Shown piece after piece: positions 1 through 7,900 of a stretch of 10,494 nucleotides of DNA (its first letter is position 1; each line of letters begins with the position of its first letter). The stretch is from the NCBI GenBank assembly GCA_000004985.1, contig GG739023.1, one strand, 5' to 3'. The position numbers were made by a program, and so were the translations under genes. This DNA comes from Naegleria gruberi (taxonomy: Eukaryota). Under the pieces are notes generated by a model. It saw only the letters and a list, made by a program, of their open reading frames with translations. It was not told the origin of the DNA and made no database searches.

Positions 1-6
1 TTGTTT
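1..6 (-). CDS. HIBADH-like oxidoreductase, exon 5 (partial, continues beyond the window start)
   Basis: Acceptor ttacag at 9..7 follows a 72-nt AT-rich intron (7..78). Exon 4 ends in phase 2 (AG), and the next base gives AGA (Arg), matching the Arg after the conserved LAxxIY helix of HIBADH. Only 6 nt are visible. Confidence 0.45.
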
Positions 7-13
7 CTGTAAT

Positions 14-32
14 ATAATAATAATAATAATAT
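14..32. repeat. (AAT)5-6 microsatellite inside HIBADH-like intron 4
   Basis: Read directly: ataataataataataat. A tattagaa tandem follows at 31-54. Confidence 0.6.
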
Positions 33-78
33 TAGAAATATTAGAATATTAGTTAAATGAATGAGAAATTAAACTTAC

Positions 79-166
79 CTCAATGAATCGTATAACATTT
101 TGGCCAAATTCAAACCTGGAAGAACGAGTTGCATCTTGTTGGCTTCACTCAAAACAATTTCCATAT
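79..166 (-). CDS. HIBADH-like oxidoreductase, exon 4
   Basis: Translates to (K)DMEIVLSEANKMQLVLPGLNLAKMLYDSL, which aligns with the HIBADH KDLGLA...SPILLGSLAHQIY region. The upstream boundary is acceptor tatag at 171..167. The downstream boundary is donor GTAAGT at 78..73. The reading frame is continuous with exon 3 across a 58-nt intron (167..224). Confidence 0.75.
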
Positions 167-224
167 CTATAATTATTATTATAATTACAAAATAATTAGC
201 AAGATAATTCATAAATAAACTAAC

Positions 225-577
225 CCTTAATGAAATGTTCAACATAAAAACCTGGTTCAAAATCTCTCTTCAAAATTCTTGGACCATATGATTGAAGGGA
301 GAATGAGTTTGCAGCTCCTCCTGAAACAGCCTTAAGAGTTTGATGAACATCCAAACCAGCCTTATGTGCGTACAATAAACCTTCACAAACACCAATCATT
401 GAGGTGGCAATAATAACTTGATTGGCCATCTTGGCATGTTGTCCCTTACCACTTTCTCCCATAAAATTGATAGTCTTTCCGATAGATTCAAAGATTGGAG
501 TAACAGCTCCCAAAACTGGTTCATCACCTCCAACAAAGATGGTAAGAGTGGCATTTCTAGCACCAATATCGCCTCCA
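225..577 (-). CDS. HIBADH-like oxidoreductase, exon 3
   Basis: Begins at acceptor cacag (582..578). Its first base completes AG+T = Ser, giving the diagnostic 6PGDH/HIBADH signature [25 protein letters not shown] (compare DAPVSGG). It continues with [14 protein letters not shown]...SMIG, the catalytic-Lys region. It ends at AAG G followed by donor gttagt (224..219). The intron to exon 2 is 48 nt (578..625). Confidence 0.8.
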
Positions 578-625
578 CTGTGTTAAAAATTAGTCAACTA
601 GTCCAATAACAAAATGATCACTCAC

Positions 626-986
626 CTGCAAGGAGCATCCAAACTGTAAACACCCTTTTCCTTAGCCTTGTTATAAATTTCAACAGCAAGAGAAGGTTGA
701 GAAGTAGTCATATCAACAATAACTCCACCTTCCTTCATTCCAGACAATACACCATTTTCTTCATCCAAAATTACACTTCTCACATCCGATGGATAACCAA
801 CAATACTGATAACAACATCACTATTGGCACCAACTTCCTTTGGTGAAGCAGCAAGCTTGGCTCCGAGTTCAATCAATGGATCAGCCTTTGATTTAGTACG
901 AGTATAAACAGTCATATTCTTGTATCCTTTGTTAATTAAATTAGTGGCAATGGACTTTCCCATAACACCAACTCCAAGGAAGCCGA
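626..986 (-). CDS. HIBADH-like oxidoreductase, exon 2 (Rossmann NAD-binding domain)
   Basis: Translates to (R)VGFLGVGVMGKSIATNLINKGY..., a GxGxxG dinucleotide-binding motif, and continues to ...KGVYSLDAPC. The upstream boundary is acceptor gattag (992..987), just after an in-frame TGA, so an upstream exon is required. Donor GTGAGT lies at 625..620. Confidence 0.8.
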
Positions 987-1136
987 CTAATCAATAGTAT
1001 CATCAATTCCGATCAATATTTAATTGAAATATTTAAATGAAATGATCCGATAATTAGATATTCACGAATATTACAAAATGAATTAATAACACAATAATAT
1101 TAATCACATTTAAATGTGATGATCAACAAAACTTAC

Positions 1137-1182
1137 CTCTGGTAGAACCTGGTAAGAATTGTTTCAAGATTTGTGCGCTCAT
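1137..1182 (-). CDS. HIBADH-like oxidoreductase, exon 1 (start codon 1182..1180)
   Basis: ATG preceded by a nine-A tract (cacaaaaaaaaaATGAGC). Encodes MSAQILKQFLPGSTR in 46 nt and ends in phase 1. Donor GTAAGT lies at 1136..1131. A 150-nt intron (987..1136) joins it in frame to exon 2 (G+TC = Val). The short basic N-terminus is compatible with a mitochondrial presequence. Confidence 0.6.
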
Positions 1183-1559
1183 TTTTTTTTGTGGATTCTT
1201 TTAAATATCAAATTGTTGTAAACTCTTAAAGAGAGTGAATGTGTAATCTCATATTCTCATGAGCTGTGATATATCTCAAGATTGCACATACCATTGTCCG
1301 TAATGGATTTTCAAAAGTATCATAAAACATCCTTTCCTTGGACTCCGTGGTAGACAATGTTTGGAAATGTTTGGGTTTTATTCCTTTATTCTTTCAGAAT
1401 GAAATAATTATTCATGCAAAGATTGTTGGGTTCAGTTTAGTTGTTGAAAATCTAGTATTCTTATCCAAATTTGTGCAATTGTAAAGTACTCGGAGGAATC
1501 GATTTTCCATTGCATGGAAGAATAAATTGGCGCCACAATTTCAAAAAAAAAGAAGCAAA
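1183..1559. promoter_or_regulatory. Putative shared (bidirectional) 5' intergenic region between the HIBADH-like gene (-) and a possible + gene
   Basis: Non-coding stretch between two divergent candidate ATGs, both preceded by A-tracts. Contains a tandem direct repeat aatgtttgg at 1356-1364 and 1366-1374. Confidence 0.3.
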
Positions 1560-1592
1560 ATGCCACACCGCATTATTTTGTTAGATTTTATG
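1560..1592 (+). CDS. Possible 11-codon first exon (MPHRIILLDFM) of an unknown + strand gene, model A
   Basis: ATG at 1560 follows aaaaaaaaagaagcaaa. Donor GTACGT lies at 1593-1598. An 80-nt AT-rich intron ends in the polypyrimidine acceptor ctccccag at 1665-1672. Phase 0 joins the Ser/acidic/basic reading frame that is open from 1673 to the gap. A competing unspliced model (ATG at 1698, MMKILKVGSRRGRSIPKRPNK...) uses more preferred codons (AGA, GGA, CCA). The locus is therefore real-looking but unresolved. Confidence 0.25.
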
Positions 1593-1672
1593 GTACGTAC
1601 TTTAAATCAAAGCGATTGGTCATCAAATCTTTAATAAATTATTATTAGGAAACATGTAAAATCGCTCCCCAG

Positions 1673-1761
1673 GCTTCCTCATCATCAGTTGATAACAATG
1701 ATGAAAATTTTGAAAGTAGGCTCAAGAAGAGGAAGATCAATCCCGAAGAGGCCAAACAAGA
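1673..1761 (+). CDS. Possible exon 2 of the unknown + gene (ASSSSVDNNDENFESRLKKRKINPEEAKQ..., NLS-like basic patch), truncated by the assembly gap
   Basis: Open frame with protein-like composition running into the N run. Two other frames are also open here because the region is GA-rich, so composition alone does not decide the frame. Confidence 0.25.
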
Positions 1762-2244
1762 NNNNNNNNNNNNNNNNNNNNNNNNNNNNNNNNNNNNNNN
1801 NNNNNNNNNNNNNNNNNNNNNNNNNNNNNNNNNNNNNNNNNNNNNNNNNNNNNNNNNNNNNNNNNNNNNNNNNNNNNNNNNNNNNNNNNNNNNNNNNNNN
1901 NNNNNNNNNNNNNNNNNNNNNNNNNNNNNNNNNNNNNNNNNNNNNNNNNNNNNNNNNNNNNNNNNNNNNNNNNNNNNNNNNNNNNNNNNNNNNNNNNNNN
2001 NNNNNNNNNNNNNNNNNNNNNNNNNNNNNNNNNNNNNNNNNNNNNNNNNNNNNNNNNNNNNNNNNNNNNNNNNNNNNNNNNNNNNNNNNNNNNNNNNNNN
2101 NNNNNNNNNNNNNNNNNNNNNNNNNNNNNNNNNNNNNNNNNNNNNNNNNNNNNNNNNNNNNNNNNNNNNNNNNNNNNNNNNNNNNNNNNNNNNNNNNNNN
2201 NNNNNNNNNNNNNNNNNNNNNNNNNNNNNNNNNNNNNNNNNNNN
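1762..2244. other. Assembly gap (483 N)
   Basis: Contiguous run of n. Confidence 1.
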
Positions 2245-2279
2245 CTCACACAATAATCGTGTACAAATTTACAAATGAA

Positions 2280-2290
2280 TTTATTTTATT
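2280..2290 (-). terminator. Putative polyadenylation signals (AATAAA x2 on the minus strand) for the folate-receptor-like gene
   Basis: tttattttatt on the plus strand reads AATAAAATAAA on the minus strand, 22-32 nt downstream of the TAA stop at 2314..2312. Confidence 0.3.
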
Positions 2291-2311
2291 TTGAGTTATG
2301 ATTTGAACTCT

Positions 2312-2634
2312 TTAAAGTGTCAATAACATGGCAGACAATAATGCAACAATAACCAATACGGAAGCTTTCAAGATACCTGCATTATTGAAACAGTTGGCAT
2401 CTCTGACCTTGATTTGCAATTGATTGGAAGGATCATTCAAACCACTTTCACAAAAATCCTTTCCACTTGCATAAGAGGTAATGACAGGTTTTCCATTTGT
2501 AACTGGAACGAGAGCACATTTACTGTACAATCTGTCACAGAATGATGAACACAAGTACAAGATAGATTTCTGACCCAGAATTTGAATCTTTTCCTCAATG
2601 AAATTGGTTTGTCCAGGAGAACACAAATAACAAA
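2312..2634 (-). CDS. Folate-receptor-family-like secreted/GPI-anchored cysteine-rich protein, exon 2 (includes TAA stop 2314..2312)
   Basis: Acceptor cttcctaag (2640..2635). Phase 1 join gives ...LHQY-ICYLCSPGQTNF..LCSSFCDRLYSKC..., which aligns with the folate receptor CLYECSPNLGPW and LCKEDCEQWWEDC motifs. The C-terminus NAGILKASVLVIVALLSAMLLTL is a hydrophobic tail typical of a GPI-attachment signal. Confidence 0.7.
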
Positions 2635-2683
2635 CTTAGGAAGTGATGTTAATAATTGGAAATTGAAAGTTTTCTCTACTTAC

Positions 2684-3002
2684 TATATTGATGCAACTCA
2701 TCTAAGCATCCACCAGCAAAAGCTTCAACAAGGAATTGAGGAATGGTAACATTTGATGAGCCACTGTTTCTTCCACTTTGACTTTCCCAACCTTGTTTAA
2801 TTTTCTTTGAGCTGTCAACTGTGCAGCAACTGTTTGGATTATACCATTGACAGGTGGCTAATTCTCTTGGAAGTGATGGAATATAACCTCTACAAGCAGA
2901 TATTAATTGGTTGATGGATTCGTCCTTGGTTTGTTCTGATTGAATGAATTGAGCAGAGAACAGTAAGAGCAAGACAAAGATAATGAGAGATGAGTGAGAC
3001 AT
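2684..3002 (-). CDS. Folate-receptor-family-like protein, exon 1 (start codon 3002..3000)
   Basis: aaaaaaATG context. N-terminal signal peptide MSHSSLIIFVLLLLFSAQFIQS. The motif CQWYNPNSCCT matches the folate receptor CRPWRKNACCS. Ends ...CAATATA followed by donor GTAAGT (2683..2678). The intron (2635..2683) is 49 nt. Confidence 0.7.
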
Positions 3003-3082
3003 TTTTTAAATGATTGAAAATTGATAATTAATTGGCGTTTGACATTTATTGTTCATAATGTTCAATGGTTGAACACGGAGGC

Positions 3083-3134
3083 CGTATAAAACTCAGTAAC
3101 AGAAAATTACAGGAAGAATCACTGCCTATACGGT
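3083..3134. promoter_or_regulatory. TATAAAA (3086-3092) flanked by a 7-bp inverted repeat ccgtata / tatacgg with a 38-nt spacer, about 80-130 nt upstream of the folate-receptor-like ATG
   Basis: Read directly from the sequence. GC-containing palindromic arms stand out in an AT-rich intergenic region. Function is not established. Confidence 0.2.
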
Positions 3135-3494
3135 TTAGCACGATTCTCATAATCTATGAATATATTAACCAATGACACAAATTAGGCAAGGTTTCATAGT
3201 GTTTTGGTATCCTATTTTACATGTTAGGAATATTTCAAATTATCCATGATTTTCGTCATTATTCTGTTTGGAAGGCAGTTTTCTATTGAAAGTAAATGCT
3301 CCTCAGTGATTGCACCATTTGCTCTACAGTTTTTATCATATTATTTGGTATGTTGTCAACAACAAGTTATTAGAAATCGAAGCAATTGCATCAAGAATTC
3401 GATAAATTTATCTCTCAATAAAATTGTTATTATTATTTTCGTGATGATCAACAATATTACACCACAAATTTCAACAATATTTGGGAAGAATATT

Positions 3495-3851
3495 TTACCA
3501 CTCCTTTTCTGCTTTCAAATCATTACACTTTTCACACAAATCATCATACCAACATGGTGGCAGAGAATGCATATGATCGGGATAGGCCTTAATTAAATAT
3601 CGATCTCTACTCAATCCTCCAGGTTCTTGGTACATTTCCTTGCAAATCTGTTGAAATTTCTCACATGAAATATTTGGGAATCGGAGATGATATTTGCCCT
3701 CACACAAAGTATTCTCCTCAAAATCAATTCCATGCTTGAGGTTGAACTTTTTTTCCAGAACAGAGTAGAATAGCTCGTCGGAATAATCATCCTGATCGTA
3801 ATCGATCGTTACTAGAATGTGGTAGAGTTTCTGTGGTTTTGCTTGTTTCAT
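3495..3851 (-). CDS. Hypothetical 118-aa cysteine-containing protein (six Cys: C-x12-C-x6-C ... C-x5-C-x2-C), intronless
   Basis: Complete ATG-to-TAA ORF. The start is preceded by cttaaaaaaaaaATG, like the other genes here. Codon usage matches its neighbours (GAA, AAG, GGA, CCA). I recognise no conserved family. Confidence 0.55.
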   Translation of the reverse strand: MKQAKPQKLYHILVTIDYDQDDYSDELFYSVLEKKFNLKHGIDFEENTLCEGKYHLRFPNISCEKFQQICKEMYQEPGGLSRDRYLIKAYPDHMHSLPPCWYDDLCEKCNDLKAEKEW

Positions 3852-3941
3852 TTTTTTTTAAGAAAATTCAAAATTTAAATTAAAATTTAATTACATATTG
3901 TAAAGGTCAAAATTGCACCACCAACATGTTTTCAGACGAAA

Positions 3942-3961
3942 GTCCAATAATCTCATCCAAT
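3942..3961. promoter_or_regulatory. Two CCAAT boxes (3944-3948 and 3957-3961), 93-110 nt upstream of the ATG of the 118-aa protein gene
   Basis: Sequence gtCCAATaatctcatCCAATg. Position and spacing are typical of NF-Y-type promoter elements, which act in either orientation. Confidence 0.25.
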
Positions 3962-4013
3962 GTAAAGTTCCAGAAAAATGTCCAAATATTCAACAACTCA
4001 AATAAATACTCAA

Positions 4014-4035
4014 TTTATTCTCAATTTCATTTATT
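4014..4035 (-). terminator. Putative polyadenylation signals (AATAAA at 4035..4030 and 4019..4014 on the minus strand) for the OYE gene
   Basis: tttatt on the plus strand, 54 and 70 nt downstream of the TAA stop (4091..4089). Confidence 0.3.
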
Positions 4036-4088
4036 AAAAAAGAAAAAATCAAAAGATGAAATTAAGTAATCAGTGTGTGAGATGATAA

Positions 4089-4964
4089 TTATTGAAAAGT
4101 TGGATAATCGATATAGCCAGTAACAACATCATTGGAACCATAAAAAGTACTTCTATCATAATGATTGAGTGGATGACCATTTCTAATTCTTTCAACCAAA
4201 TCAGGATTAGAAATAAAGTGTCTTCCAAAAGCAATCATATCTGTGGCACCCTCTTCAGTGGTACTCTTTGCTGTGGCTGGAGTAAAACCACCAGCTGAAA
4301 TAATTGGAGATCTTGTCAATGGTTTCAATTCCTTGGTTACAACCACAGGTTTGGATTCAGCTTGGCCATCATCTGAATTTGCTCCACCTGATATTCTTGG
4401 TTCTACAAGGTGAATATATGCCAAATCATATTCATCCAATGCTTTGACAGCTGCTTCAAAGAGTGGTTTTGGATCTGAATCACTAATTTCCAAGAAACAT
4501 CCACTTGGACTCAAACGAATTCCAACTCGATCTGATTCATTATCAAATCCTTCAATACATGCTGAAATAGCTTCACGCATAAATCTCAATCTATTTTCAA
4601 TGGAGCCACCGTATTCATCAGTTCTCTTATTAACTCCATTTTGTAAAAATTGGTCAACTAGATAACCATTAGCAGCATGCAATTCTACTCCATCAAATCC
4701 AGCCAATTTAGCATTGCTAGCAGCTTGCTTATATTGTCCCATAATGACCTTAATTTCCTCAATGGACAATGCCTTTGGAGTGGTTGGCAATTGTTGTTCC
4801 CTGGTTTGCAAATTTGTAGATGTATCATTTTGAATTGGAACTGCAGAAGAGGAGACATTGTCAGCATAACGTTGTCTACCAACATGCCACAATTGCAAAA
4901 AGATGACACCTCCCTTTTGATGGACAGCATCTGTCACCTTTTTCCAAGCTTTAACCTGAGCTTG
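4089..4964 (-). CDS. Old Yellow Enzyme family NAD(P)H:flavin oxidoreductase (ene-reductase), C-terminal 291 codons plus stop; 5' part lost in the gap
   Basis: Continuous 876-nt frame with hallmark OYE motifs: GFDGVELHAANGYLVDQFL (His/Asn substrate-binding pair and catalytic Tyr), RTDEYGGSIENRLRF, HLVEPRI, AGGF, AFGRHFISNPDLVERI, and PLNHYDRSTFY...GYIDYPTF at the C-terminus. No introns in the readable part. Confidence 0.9.
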   Translation of the reverse strand, partial: QAQVKAWKKVTDAVHQKGGVIFLQLWHVGRQRYADNVSSSAVPIQNDTSTNLQTREQQLPTTPKALSIEEIKVIMGQYKQAASNAKLAGFDGVELHAANGYLVDQFLQNGVNKRTDEYGGSIENRLRFMREAISACIEGFDNESDRVGIRLSPSGCFLEISDSDPKPLFEAAVKALDEYDLAYIHLVEPRISGGANSDDGQAESKPVVVTKELKPLTRSPIISAGGFTPATAKSTTEEGATDMIAFGRHFISNPDLVERIRNGHPLNHYDRSTFYGSNDVVTGYIDYPTFQ

Positions 4965-7900
4965 NNNNNNNNNNNNNNNNNNNNNNNNNNNNNNNNNNNN
5001 NNNNNNNNNNNNNNNNNNNNNNNNNNNNNNNNNNNNNNNNNNNNNNNNNNNNNNNNNNNNNNNNNNNNNNNNNNNNNNNNNNNNNNNNNNNNNNNNNNNN
5101 NNNNNNNNNNNNNNNNNNNNNNNNNNNNNNNNNNNNNNNNNNNNNNNNNNNNNNNNNNNNNNNNNNNNNNNNNNNNNNNNNNNNNNNNNNNNNNNNNNNN
5201 NNNNNNNNNNNNNNNNNNNNNNNNNNNNNNNNNNNNNNNNNNNNNNNNNNNNNNNNNNNNNNNNNNNNNNNNNNNNNNNNNNNNNNNNNNNNNNNNNNNN
5301 NNNNNNNNNNNNNNNNNNNNNNNNNNNNNNNNNNNNNNNNNNNNNNNNNNNNNNNNNNNNNNNNNNNNNNNNNNNNNNNNNNNNNNNNNNNNNNNNNNNN
5401 NNNNNNNNNNNNNNNNNNNNNNNNNNNNNNNNNNNNNNNNNNNNNNNNNNNNNNNNNNNNNNNNNNNNNNNNNNNNNNNNNNNNNNNNNNNNNNNNNNNN
5501 NNNNNNNNNNNNNNNNNNNNNNNNNNNNNNNNNNNNNNNNNNNNNNNNNNNNNNNNNNNNNNNNNNNNNNNNNNNNNNNNNNNNNNNNNNNNNNNNNNNN
5601 NNNNNNNNNNNNNNNNNNNNNNNNNNNNNNNNNNNNNNNNNNNNNNNNNNNNNNNNNNNNNNNNNNNNNNNNNNNNNNNNNNNNNNNNNNNNNNNNNNNN
5701 NNNNNNNNNNNNNNNNNNNNNNNNNNNNNNNNNNNNNNNNNNNNNNNNNNNNNNNNNNNNNNNNNNNNNNNNNNNNNNNNNNNNNNNNNNNNNNNNNNNN
5801 NNNNNNNNNNNNNNNNNNNNNNNNNNNNNNNNNNNNNNNNNNNNNNNNNNNNNNNNNNNNNNNNNNNNNNNNNNNNNNNNNNNNNNNNNNNNNNNNNNNN
5901 NNNNNNNNNNNNNNNNNNNNNNNNNNNNNNNNNNNNNNNNNNNNNNNNNNNNNNNNNNNNNNNNNNNNNNNNNNNNNNNNNNNNNNNNNNNNNNNNNNNN
6001 NNNNNNNNNNNNNNNNNNNNNNNNNNNNNNNNNNNNNNNNNNNNNNNNNNNNNNNNNNNNNNNNNNNNNNNNNNNNNNNNNNNNNNNNNNNNNNNNNNNN
6101 NNNNNNNNNNNNNNNNNNNNNNNNNNNNNNNNNNNNNNNNNNNNNNNNNNNNNNNNNNNNNNNNNNNNNNNNNNNNNNNNNNNNNNNNNNNNNNNNNNNN
6201 NNNNNNNNNNNNNNNNNNNNNNNNNNNNNNNNNNNNNNNNNNNNNNNNNNNNNNNNNNNNNNNNNNNNNNNNNNNNNNNNNNNNNNNNNNNNNNNNNNNN
6301 NNNNNNNNNNNNNNNNNNNNNNNNNNNNNNNNNNNNNNNNNNNNNNNNNNNNNNNNNNNNNNNNNNNNNNNNNNNNNNNNNNNNNNNNNNNNNNNNNNNN
6401 NNNNNNNNNNNNNNNNNNNNNNNNNNNNNNNNNNNNNNNNNNNNNNNNNNNNNNNNNNNNNNNNNNNNNNNNNNNNNNNNNNNNNNNNNNNNNNNNNNNN
6501 NNNNNNNNNNNNNNNNNNNNNNNNNNNNNNNNNNNNNNNNNNNNNNNNNNNNNNNNNNNNNNNNNNNNNNNNNNNNNNNNNNNNNNNNNNNNNNNNNNNN
6601 NNNNNNNNNNNNNNNNNNNNNNNNNNNNNNNNNNNNNNNNNNNNNNNNNNNNNNNNNNNNNNNNNNNNNNNNNNNNNNNNNNNNNNNNNNNNNNNNNNNN
6701 NNNNNNNNNNNNNNNNNNNNNNNNNNNNNNNNNNNNNNNNNNNNNNNNNNNNNNNNNNNNNNNNNNNNNNNNNNNNNNNNNNNNNNNNNNNNNNNNNNNN
6801 NNNNNNNNNNNNNNNNNNNNNNNNNNNNNNNNNNNNNNNNNNNNNNNNNNNNNNNNNNNNNNNNNNNNNNNNNNNNNNNNNNNNNNNNNNNNNNNNNNNN
6901 NNNNNNNNNNNNNNNNNNNNNNNNNNNNNNNNNNNNNNNNNNNNNNNNNNNNNNNNNNNNNNNNNNNNNNNNNNNNNNNNNNNNNNNNNNNNNNNNNNNN
7001 NNNNNNNNNNNNNNNNNNNNNNNNNNNNNNNNNNNNNNNNNNNNNNNNNNNNNNNNNNNNNNNNNNNNNNNNNNNNNNNNNNNNNNNNNNNNNNNNNNNN
7101 NNNNNNNNNNNNNNNNNNNNNNNNNNNNNNNNNNNNNNNNNNNNNNNNNNNNNNNNNNNNNNNNNNNNNNNNNNNNNNNNNNNNNNNNNNNNNNNNNNNN
7201 NNNNNNNNNNNNNNNNNNNNNNNNNNNNNNNNNNNNNNNNNNNNNNNNNNNNNNNNNNNNNNNNNNNNNNNNNNNNNNNNNNNNNNNNNNNNNNNNNNNN
7301 NNNNNNNNNNNNNNNNNNNNNNNNNNNNNNNNNNNNNNNNNNNNNNNNNNNNNNNNNNNNNNNNNNNNNNNNNNNNNNNNNNNNNNNNNNNNNNNNNNNN
7401 NNNNNNNNNNNNNNNNNNNNNNNNNNNNNNNNNNNNNNNNNNNNNNNNNNNNNNNNNNNNNNNNNNNNNNNNNNNNNNNNNNNNNNNNNNNNNNNNNNNN
7501 NNNNNNNNNNNNNNNNNNNNNNNNNNNNNNNNNNNNNNNNNNNNNNNNNNNNNNNNNNNNNNNNNNNNNNNNNNNNNNNNNNNNNNNNNNNNNNNNNNNN
7601 NNNNNNNNNNNNNNNNNNNNNNNNNNNNNNNNNNNNNNNNNNNNNNNNNNNNNNNNNNNNNNNNNNNNNNNNNNNNNNNNNNNNNNNNNNNNNNNNNNNN
7701 NNNNNNNNNNNNNNNNNNNNNNNNNNNNNNNNNNNNNNNNNNNNNNNNNNNNNNNNNNNNNNNNNNNNNNNNNNNNNNNNNNNNNNNNNNNNNNNNNNNN
7801 NNNNNNNNNNNNNNNNNNNNNNNNNNNNNNNNNNNNNNNNNNNNNNNNNNNNNNNNNNNNNNNNNNNNNNNNNNNNNNNNNNNNNNNNNNNNNNNNNNNN

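Noticed and set aside
396-609. ORFs 418..609(+) and 396..578(-) overlapping HIBADH-like exon 3 and intron 2
   Set aside because: They are out of frame or antisense to a well-supported exon with strong family motifs, and they are short and low-complexity.
622-624. TGA/TAG stops ending the ORF-track segments of the HIBADH-like gene (622-624, 220-222, 75-77)
   Set aside because: These are not real stops. Each lies just inside an intron immediately after a GT donor, and splicing restores a continuous HIBADH-family frame.
1645-2294. ORFs of 170-202 aa spanning the 483-N gap (1645..2253-, 1737..2249-, 1689..2294+)
   Set aside because: These are gap artefacts. The minus-strand readable portions (SCLASSGLIFLFLSLLSKFSSLLS...) look like low-complexity antisense of a GA-rich tract. 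Only the plus-strand flank 1560-1761 is treated as possibly coding.
3246-3596. 116-aa plus-strand ORF (MIFVIILFGRQFSIE...)
   Set aside because: It is a hydrophobic low-complexity translation of AT-rich intergenic and 3' UTR DNA, and it overlaps the 3' end of the minus-strand 118-aa gene. It has no start context and no protein-like features.
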